Shown here in pieces: positions 1-6,445 of a stretch of 38,233 bases of DNA. A program made the translations under genes and the position numbers. The stretch comes from Candidatus Saccharimonadales bacterium. Its GTDB lineage: Bacteria; Patescibacteriota; Saccharimonadia; UBA4664; SCTI01. The DNA lies in the NCBI GenBank assembly GCA_030150485.1, contig JASLFZ010000064.1, positions 1 to 38,233 of the forward strand, written 5' to 3'. The first letter of the stretch is position 1, and every line of letters begins with the position of its first letter. The notes under the pieces were generated by a model. That model saw nothing but the letters and a program-made list of their open reading frames with translations. It had not been told where the DNA came from and did not search any database.

Positions 1-840
1 GCGCACTCGGCGTACGCCATGCGGTCGAATGAGACCGAGTACACGCGGGAAACGCTGACCGGGAAACGGGGGAGCACCCACGGCTTCGACCTCGATTGCC
101 GCGAGCCCCTCAGCCCAGTCTTCGTGCCGCTTGGCGGTAAAGCCGACAGCCGTGCACTCAGCCAGCACCGAGTTCGCGGGCCGGCGCTGCCCTGGGCTTA
201 GAGGCGCCTCCCACGCTTGAGAAGGCACGGAATAATCGATGCGGAAAGCCGAAGCGGCCTTCTGGGGGTTGATACGAGAAGCTGCAAACATCGCAACTGG
301 CCGTGTCGAAAGCTTGGTGGCTCGCCGGAGCAAGGCCTCAGTTGAGACTCCGTATTCCTTGCGCACCGCCATGAGACGCTCGATCTCCATTTTGCCCTCG
401 CGTAGCTCTGGCAGGCTGTCCGTCGGCATAAGGATCTCTCCCGCAGCGATGTTGCATAGCAACTCTAGTTGCCAGGCGTCGGGTGGCCCAGCGTCAGGAC
501 GACTCCGATAGCGAGCAGCATCCGCAACATCCGGGAAAAGCGTGTGCGCTATCTCGTGGGCAAGCGAAAAGCGCAACCTCTGCACCGGTCGAGTCGGGTT
601 GTACTCAATCATCACCCTTCCGCCGCTAACAGGCATTGTTCGCGCATCCTGAAGCTCCTGCTTGGGAACAACAGGGATCTCAAGAATTCGTGCAAGCTCA
701 AAGGGGTCAAATGGTGGCCCACGCCATTCTTGCTCGACAGCTGCGAGAACAAGCCGCTGGGCGGCCTCTTCGATCGCCTCAACCGGATCTCGATCTCCAG
801 CGAAGCTAAGAACCGACTCATTAGTCCAGTAGCTGGTCAT
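1..840 (-). CDS. ImmA/IrrE-family (COG2856-like) zinc metallopeptidase; 5' end complete, 3' end runs off the left window edge
   Basis: Absent from the ORF track because it has no stop codon in the window. Hand translation of the minus strand from ATG at 840-838 gives an open 280-codon frame down to base 1: MTSYWTNESVLSFAGDRDPVEAIEEAAQRLVLAAVEQEWRGPPFDPFELARILEIPVV...VQRLRFSLAHEIAHTLFPD... The HExxH motif (HEIAH) is encoded at 544-558. The + strand ORFs 239-511 and 469-975 are mirror-frame artefacts of this gene. Confidence 0.75.
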   Translation of the reverse strand, partial: MTSYWTNESVLSFAGDRDPVEAIEEAAQRLVLAAVEQEWRGPPFDPFELARILEIPVVPKQELQDARTMPVSGGRVMIEYNPTRPVQRLRFSLAHEIAHTLFPDVADAARYRSRPDAGPPDAWQLELLCNIAAGEILMPTDSLPELREGKMEIERLMAVRKEYGVSTEALLRRATKLSTRPVAMFAASRINPQKAASAFRIDYSVPSQAWEAPLSPGQRRPANSVLAECTAVGFTAKRHEDWAEGLAAIEVEAVGAPPFPGQRFPRVLGLIRPHGVRRVR

Positions 841-1066
841 GTGACGGCTTTCGTTGCATCGGGATCGAACGTATGTTCTATCGGAGTCGTCGGACGTCCC
901 AACGGTAGACGATCGGTCGGTCGCGAGAACTTCGGACGATCGGAACTTAAGCCATACTCAGCGTGCAGCGCTTAGCGCCTCCAATAGCCACCGCACCCGC
1001 GCTGCACGAGCAACCGCCTCGGTCCCTCCACTATCAGGGACCAAGGCGGTTCGTCCTTCTTCAAGA

Positions 1067-1143
1067 TGGTCGGGGTGAAAGGACTCGAACCTTCGACCTC
1101 CTGCTCCCAAAGCAGGCGCGCTAGCCAACTGCGCCACACCCCG
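1067..1143 (-). tRNA. tRNA-Pro, anticodon UGG, 77 nt, CCA encoded
   Basis: The reverse complement folds by hand into a cloverleaf: acceptor CGGGGTG/CACCCCG, D stem GCGC/GCGC, anticodon stem CCTGC/GCAGG with loop TTTGGGA (anticodon TGG), variable loop AGGTC, T stem GAAGG/CCTTT with loop TTCGAGT, discriminator A, then CCA. Confidence 0.9.
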
Positions 1144-1190
1144 ATGTGACCCGAGTAATTATAGCCGGAATGTGGAGGTGGCGCTAGATG

Positions 1191-1469
1191 CTAGGTTGGG
1201 CGGACCACTTCTTTTAGACGCTTGCCGGCCCGGAATCGGGGCATTGGCATTTCAGGAATGTGGATCTCGCTACCCGTTTGTGGGTTCACGCCACGCCGCG
1301 CCGCCCGCTTACCTAAATCAAAGGTGCCAAAACCGGTAATAGATACCTTTTCCCCCTTCTTGATCGTGCCTCCCACAATCGAGGTCAGGCTGGAGAGGAC
1401 CGCCTCCACCTCTCGCTTGCTCAAGCGAGTATCACGGGCAAGCGTCTCAATCAACTTTTGCTTCGTCAT
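1191..1469 (-). CDS. hup: HU-family nucleoid-associated DNA-binding protein
   Basis: The 92-aa product MTKQKLIETLARDTRLSKREVEAVLSSLTSIV...GFGTFDLGKRAARRGVNPQTGSEIHIPEMPMPRFRAGKRLKEVV has the typical HU/IHF signature, including the RNPQTG-type arm. An AGGAG Shine-Dalgarno lies about 8 nt upstream. Confidence 0.9.
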   Translation of the reverse strand: MTKQKLIETLARDTRLSKREVEAVLSSLTSIVGGTIKKGEKVSITGFGTFDLGKRAARRGVNPQTGSEIHIPEMPMPRFRAGKRLKEVVRPT

Positions 1470-1495
1470 GCCAAGCGCTCCTACTTATTGGAACT

Positions 1496-1504
1496 AGTCT
1501 AGCA
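1496..1504 (-). promoter_or_regulatory. Candidate extended -10 element (TGcTAGACT) for hup
   Basis: The minus strand reads TGCTAGACT about 27 nt upstream of the hup ATG, followed by the SD. The TGnTAnnnT pattern matches other operon starts in this window. Confidence 0.4.
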
Positions 1505-1592
1505 AATGTTTAGCCCTCTACCAAGCTAAAAAGCTCTGAAATTAGACCGGCTTTTTCGTGATTTTTACCAACTTTTCGATTGTAATAGCCGG

Positions 1593-2387
1593 CTAGACTG
1601 TGAAAACGCTGCGAAGGGTTTGAATATCCTTTGCCAAACCGGTTTTTGTATCGACCTCAATCGTGACGGCGCAAAACTGGCGGCGGCCCGCGTCCTCCAT
1701 CTCGTTGCGCACCCGAACTTCTGGATCGCGCCAGCGCTGCAGGATAATTTCGGTTTTCACCCCCAGCGATGAATCAAGCGCACCCGTCATGCCGACGTCG
1801 GTAATGTGCGCCGTGCCGCCGGGCAACACCTCGGCGTCGGTGGTCTGAATATGCCAGTGGTCGCCAATTACGGCCGTTACCTTGCCATCAAGATACTGGC
1901 CCATCACCACCTTTTCGCTCGAGTAATCGCCATGGAAGTTCACGATCGTCGCCACCCGCGTCGTGTTTTTGTGCTCCTCCAGAATGCGGTCGATGGTATC
2001 GAGCGGGTTCGGCACCTCCACGCTTGCGTTAATGCCCACAATTTTCCCCTGCAAGCTCACCACCAAAACCTTGCCAAAAGGTGTATCGGCCAAGCCATAG
2101 CCGCGCCCCGGCGTACCTTCGGGTAAGTTAGCCGGACGAATCGCGTCCCCGCCCTCATTTAGGTAAGACTCCCGCGTCACCGAATGATTGCCGCCACTAA
2201 AAAAGTTGATGCCGGCTGCCTTCAACTCGGCCGCATGGTTCGCCTGCAGTCCCTTGCCATGGCTGACGTTTTCGCCCTGAGCCACCACAAAGTCGATTCC
2301 CTGTTCTCGAATAAGATCGGGCAGCACTTGCTTCACGGTCTCCCGCCCAAGCTTGCTCGTAATATCACCAATGTAGAGGATTTTCAC
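1593..2387 (-). CDS. ymdB: YmdB-like metallophosphoesterase (2',3'-cyclic-nucleotide phosphodiesterase family, TIGR00282-like)
   Basis: The product has MKILYIGDITSKLGRETV... and GENVSHGKG, GGNH and GDHWH metallophosphoesterase motifs. It has a GTG start and lies directly downstream of rny, which is the conserved rny-ymdB pairing. Confidence 0.85.
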   Translation of the reverse strand: MKILYIGDITSKLGRETVKQVLPDLIREQGIDFVVAQGENVSHGKGLQANHAAELKAAGINFFSGGNHSVTRESYLNEGGDAIRPANLPEGTPGRGYGLADTPFGKVLVVSLQGKIVGINASVEVPNPLDTIDRILEEHKNTTRVATIVNFHGDYSSEKVVMGQYLDGKVTAVIGDHWHIQTTDAEVLPGGTAHITDVGMTGALDSSLGVKTEIILQRWRDPEVRVRNEMEDAGRRQFCAVTIEVDTKTGLAKDIQTLRSVFTV

Positions 2388-2396
2388 ACTAATGCC

Positions 2397-3914
2397 TTAC
2401 TTCGCGTACTCAATCGCACGTGTCTCGCGAATCACATTCACTTTAATGACGCCCGGATACTTCAAGGTAGCCTCGACCTTAGTGGCGAGATCGCGGGCTA
2501 GCTTAATGGCCGTAAGGTCATCGATCTCCTCCGGCACCACAATTACGCGCAGCTCGCGGCCGGCCGAAACGGCGTACGATTTGTGGACACCCGGGAAGGT
2601 CCCAGCCAAATTCTCCAGCTCGGTCATACGCTGAACATAATTCTCGAGCGTGTCGCCACGTGCGCCGGGACGGCCGCCAGATAGCGCGTCCACTACACGG
2701 ATAATCATGGCCTCCACGCTTGTGGCCTCAATGTCGTCGTGGTGCGCCTCTATGGCGTGGCAGACGGCCTCATCCTGCCCATACTTAGCCGCCAGATCGC
2801 GCGAAATGTGGTGGTGCTGGCCCTCAATCTCATGCGTGACCGCTTTACCAAGATCGTGCAGCAACGCGGCGGTCTTCACGACGCGCACATCCGCCCCCAC
2901 CTCGTTGGCAATTGTGGCTCCAAGGTTGGCCATCTCCACCGAGTGCTTCAAAACATTTTGGCTGTAGCTAGTGCGATATTTAAGCTGACCAAGCAGCTTA
3001 ATCAGCTCCGGATGCAAGCCCACGACACCAGCCTCCTTCACCGCCTGCTCGCCGGCCTCCTTGACGCTCTTATCAATTTCGCTCTGGGCCTTTTTTACGA
3101 CCTCCTCGATCCGGGCCGGATGGATGCGCCCATCGCTGAGGAGCTTTTCGAGCGCTACGCGGGCCACCTGGCGCCGCACCGGGTCAAAGCTCGAGAGGAC
3201 GATCACGCCGGGCGTATCATCCACCAACACGTCTACGCCGGTAAGCCGCTCAATGGCCTGGATGTTGCGGCCCTCTTTGCCGATTACACGGCCTTTCAGC
3301 TCATCACTTGGCAGCGCTACCGTCGTAACGGTGCGTTCGCTGGCCTGATCGCTAGCCATCCGTTCCATGGCTGTTACCAGCACCATGCGGCCCTCGTCCT
3401 CGGCCTGCTCGACGGCCTCCTGTTGGATTTTAGTAATGAGCGTCATCGCGTCCTGCTTGGTGTCGCGTTCGACCATCTGCATGAGCTTTTCTGTGGCCTG
3501 CTCGCGGCTCAGCTTGGCAATCTTTTCCAGGTTTTTCTGCTGCTTGTCGCGCAGCTTACGGAGGTCCTCTTTCAACTCTTCAAGACTGGTCTCGCTTTTG
3601 CGCAAAGACTCCGAGCGTTTGTCGAGTTCGTCTATCTTGCGGTCGAGCGTGCTCTCCCGCTGACTCAACCGGTGCTCGGTCTCGGTCAGCTGGATGCGAC
3701 GCTCGCGCTCTTCCTTCTTGGCTTCGTCGGCGGTTTTGAGCGCCTGCTCCTTCGCCGCCAAAGTTACCTCCTGAGCTTTGCGGTTGGCCTCATCGAGTAG
3801 CTTAGTCGCCTTTGCGGCCGCGGTGCTGGTCTTGCGCTTCGAGATGTACATGCTTCCGCCGACACCACCACCGGCCCCGACCGCCAGGCCAGCCACCGCT
3901 AATATAATTTCCAT
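2397..3914 (-). CDS. rny: Ribonuclease Y
   Basis: The 505-aa product has an N-terminal TM helix, a long Lys/Glu coiled coil, a KH domain (GRVIGKEGRNIQAIERLTGVDV) and an HD domain (LLHDLGKA...HH). An AAGGAGG SD precedes the ATG. Confidence 0.95.
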   Translation of the reverse strand: MEIILAVAGLAVGAGGGVGGSMYISKRKTSTAAAKATKLLDEANRKAQEVTLAAKEQALKTADEAKKEERERRIQLTETEHRLSQRESTLDRKIDELDKRSESLRKSETSLEELKEDLRKLRDKQQKNLEKIAKLSREQATEKLMQMVERDTKQDAMTLITKIQQEAVEQAEDEGRMVLVTAMERMASDQASERTVTTVALPSDELKGRVIGKEGRNIQAIERLTGVDVLVDDTPGVIVLSSFDPVRRQVARVALEKLLSDGRIHPARIEEVVKKAQSEIDKSVKEAGEQAVKEAGVVGLHPELIKLLGQLKYRTSYSQNVLKHSVEMANLGATIANEVGADVRVVKTAALLHDLGKAVTHEIEGQHHHISRDLAAKYGQDEAVCHAIEAHHDDIEATSVEAMIIRVVDALSGGRPGARGDTLENYVQRMTELENLAGTFPGVHKSYAVSAGRELRVIVVPEEIDDLTAIKLARDLATKVEATLKYPGVIKVNVIRETRAIEYAK

Positions 3915-4044
3915 AACGCCTCCTTGGGCGCTGAGTACGGGTACGCGCGAAACCGCTTGTGGGACTACTAACTTAAACGTATCGGGTTATCAGCGTGCGC
4001 GGCAGGTAACAGTATTCAGCACGGGTTATTACACAGTACTCCCA

Positions 4045-4467
4045 TTAAACCGCGCTGCTACTGTTAGCGTCAAGCTGTCCACCTGGCTTCGTGATGTTCG
4101 GCAGCGACCCATACTCCGGAATCACCTGCGTATCATCCTCATGGTGATGGAGGCGTTTAGCGCCTGTTTCGAGCCAGTTATCATCGAGCGCACCAACGAT
4201 CGGGATGCGCTGAGCGTACGCAATAGCATTAGCCACCGCCACCCCAATTCGTAAGCCGGTAAAGGAGCCAGGTCCGCAAAACACTACCACACCTGTTAGC
4301 GTCTCCCAGGTATGGTGATTAGCTTCGAGCAACTTTTGGATGTGATCGAGGAGTTGGCTGGAGAGCTGCCGCCCCGACTCCCAGCGGTCACGCGCCATCA
4401 CACTTCCATCGGCCGCCACTAAGCTGAGCTCCGTGGTAGCAGTATCAGTTCGAATGGCGATCAGCAC
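4045..4467 (-). CDS. tsaB: tRNA t6A37 threonylcarbamoyl-transfer accessory protein TsaB (YeaZ), unusually short form
   Basis: The product has LIAIRTDTATTELSLV... and GPGSFTGLRIGVAVANAIAYA, the characteristic TsaB/M22-like motif. It is only 140 aa, has a GTG start, and overlaps the tsaE end by 23 nt. Confidence 0.7.
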   Translation of the reverse strand: MLIAIRTDTATTELSLVAADGSVMARDRWESGRQLSSQLLDHIQKLLEANHHTWETLTGVVVFCGPGSFTGLRIGVAVANAIAYAQRIPIVGALDDNWLETGAKRLHHHEDDTQVIPEYGSLPNITKPGGQLDANSSSAV

Positions 4468-4942
4468 ATCGCAGCTCCTTAATAAGGTAATGGGTTACAG
4501 GAGTTAAACTGTTTAGCTCAATTTCCCTACTCTGGCTATCCTTCATAGGAGTAAGGGTAATGCGCAAGCGATCGGCGGGTAGAGTAGCGTGGCCCTGACC
4601 GGCCCACTCCACAATGGTAATCGCCTGCGGATCGGCAATCGCCTCTGCGAGTTCCTGGGTTGCCATATCGAAGCCTTCAAGGCGGTAAAAGTCAAAGTGG
4701 TGAATCTGGCGGCCTTCTTTAGCCGGGTAAACTCGTCCGACGGTAAAAGTCGGGCTTGGAACCTCTTCCGTAAAACCGAGACCGGCAACGATTCCTTTGG
4801 TTAAGGTGGTTTTGCCGCTGCCGATATCGCCGCTGAGCTCAATCACGAGCGCTCCTTTTATCAGACCGCCCAGCTGCCGCCCCAGCGCGATCGTCTCGGC
4901 GGCAGCGGTAGTAGAGATTTTGAATGTCGTAGCGGAATTCAT
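4445..4942 (-). CDS. tsaE: tRNA t6A37 ATPase TsaE (YjeE)
   Basis: The 165-aa product has a Walker A motif in the typical TsaE context (VIELSGDIGSGKTTLTKGI), followed by PTFT and HFDFYRL motifs. Confidence 0.85.
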   Translation of the reverse strand: MNSATTFKISTTAAAETIALGRQLGGLIKGALVIELSGDIGSGKTTLTKGIVAGLGFTEEVPSPTFTVGRVYPAKEGRQIHHFDFYRLEGFDMATQELAEAIADPQAITIVEWAGQGHATLPADRLRITLTPMKDSQSREIELNSLTPVTHYLIKELRCADRHSN

Positions 4943-6287
4943 AGGTAGCGTACCCTATGGTAAGCACTCCCAGAGCGATTAGCAACCACGTAGCCGGCTG
5001 CAAGGTTTTGGCAGCGGCCAATTGCAAGGGTGCTTTGGCAAGTGTCGCTTTAGGTTTTTTGGTACGGGGATGGGGGACATAGGCCTTTTTGGCGCGCTTC
5101 ACTTTCGCTGCCTTCGCCACTACCTTTTTTGCTGCACGAGCCTTGGGCACCTTGGTGGTGGCGGGAGCGGCTATAGTAACAGCCGTTGCCAAAACGTTTG
5201 GTTGGTTAGGACTGATTTGCAGCGTCCAGTGCCAGCCGTCGTCAAAGCGAGCCCACGACTGTCCTTCGGGAGCCGCACCATAACCTGGCGTCACGTCCAC
5301 CACCATGCCAGCAGGATCGAGCACTTCCACGGCCCCACCGGTATTAGGTAGGCTGACTTTGGTCTGGGCGGAGTAGAAGGCTGCGTAGCCACCCGACGGG
5401 AGAGTCGTAGAAGGCAGCACGTAGTAGCTATGAAACTTACTGCCGGCACGTAGCGTATAACCGCCTAAGTTGATAGGCGAATCGGTAGGATTGAATAGCT
5501 CAATGAACTCATCATTCGCATCAGTAAAAGGCGCCATGGGGTTAATGAGCAACTCGGTAATATCAACCGGCGCATAAGCTTGCGGTACAGGCGCTGCATC
5601 GGTGGAGCTATCGGTCGCCGCTACTGGCGGCACAGCGCCAGCTCCTGGGTCGGTCATGATATCACTATCAGCAGCACCGGGTGGCTCGGGAAGCGCCTGC
5701 GTTGAGCGCGGAGTGGGCGTAGGCTCGAGGATAAAATCAGCCGCATTGTTATCGGTGTCGATGCCATTACCATTGCCTGCGTCTAAACGCCCGGGCAATC
5801 GCTCAATACTCTGGCCAGCCGATGGCGCTACCGCGGGAGTGCCCCCTTCAGCTGCATTAGCACTATCGCCATAGCCCAACTGGTCCACCACGCTGCCATT
5901 GGCGTCTTTTAGCCGTATCGTGCCCCCACTGCCCGCCAACGTTGCCGACCAGTTTGCATCGGCTCCACTCAGATAGGCCGTTGGGGCAATTAAGTAAAAA
6001 CTGTAGGCCTTGATGGCTCCGGCCAGGCTAGCATGCCTCACCCAGTTGCTCGCAACATCGGTACTCGTGGCAGCTTTATACTCCACCGACCACCCGCTGA
6101 GAGCTAAATCTTGACTGGTAGGATTGTAAAGTTCAATAAACTCTTGGCTAGCGCTGCTGGTAGTGCCCGTCTCTACCTGGCTTATAACCACGTGGGTGGC
6201 TATAGCGGCGCTGGCCGCGGAGGGAGATACCATTAGTGTTATTGGGATGGCCAGCGCTAAAATCAAAACGCGGAATAGTTTCTGCAT
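4839..6287 (-). CDS. Secreted, C-terminally membrane-anchored protein with two lamin-tail domains (LTD) and a Lys/Ala-rich basic segment
   Basis: It has a signal peptide (MQKLFRVLILALAIPITLMVSPSAASA) and two LTD signatures (SQEFIELYNPTS..., NDEFIELFNPTD...). A basic tract (KVPKARAAKKVVAKAAKVKRAKKAYVPHPRTKKPKATLAKAP) precedes a TM helix (TWLLIALGVLTIGYATY, about 4938-4991). An AAGGAGG SD precedes the ATG at 6287. Confidence 0.8.
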   Translation of the reverse strand: MQKLFRVLILALAIPITLMVSPSAASAAIATHVVISQVETGTTSSASQEFIELYNPTSQDLALSGWSVEYKAATSTDVASNWVRHASLAGAIKAYSFYLIAPTAYLSGADANWSATLAGSGGTIRLKDANGSVVDQLGYGDSANAAEGGTPAVAPSAGQSIERLPGRLDAGNGNGIDTDNNAADFILEPTPTPRSTQALPEPPGAADSDIMTDPGAGAVPPVAATDSSTDAAPVPQAYAPVDITELLINPMAPFTDANDEFIELFNPTDSPINLGGYTLRAGSKFHSYYVLPSTTLPSGGYAAFYSAQTKVSLPNTGGAVEVLDPAGMVVDVTPGYGAAPEGQSWARFDDGWHWTLQISPNQPNVLATAVTIAAPATTKVPKARAAKKVVAKAAKVKRAKKAYVPHPRTKKPKATLAKAPLQLAAAKTLQPATWLLIALGVLTIGYATYEFRYDIQNLYYRCRRDDRAGAAAGRSDKRSARD

Positions 6288-6427
6288 ATAACCTCCTTTA
6301 TTCCTCTAGGCGCTGATTACAAAGGCGCCAAGAAGTAGTGTGGCAGGAGGTTGTTAAATCGGTCTGAACAAACTATTAGCTTTTGATTAAAAACGAGGCC
6401 TTCTCGGAATAACTTTTATACTGCTTA

Positions 6428-6436
6428 TGCTATAAT
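6428..6436 (+). promoter_or_regulatory. Extended -10 promoter element TGcTATAAT for pilB; predicted (near-)leaderless transcript
   Basis: TGCTATAAT ends 9 nt before the pilB ATG (6446). No purine-rich SD lies in between (TAACCCCAG). Confidence 0.5.
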
Positions 6437-6445
6437 TAACCCCAG

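Noticed and set aside
854-1078. 74-aa + strand ORF between the ImmA-like gene and the tRNA, considered as the missing XRE/HTH partner
   Set aside because: It runs into the tRNA-Pro gene and has a Ser/Arg/Ala-rich composition with no helix-turn-helix. The minus-strand frames of the same gap lack usable start codons.
1545-1592. GCCGGCT / AGCCGGT inverted repeat after ymdB, considered as a terminator
   Set aside because: The stem is an imperfect 6-7 bp with a loop of about 30 nt. This is not a credible intrinsic terminator.
2739-3800. 353-aa ORF on the + strand
   Set aside because: It lies entirely antisense to rny, which has unmistakable KH and HD domains. The translation is Leu/Ala/Arg-rich mirror-frame sequence with no motif.
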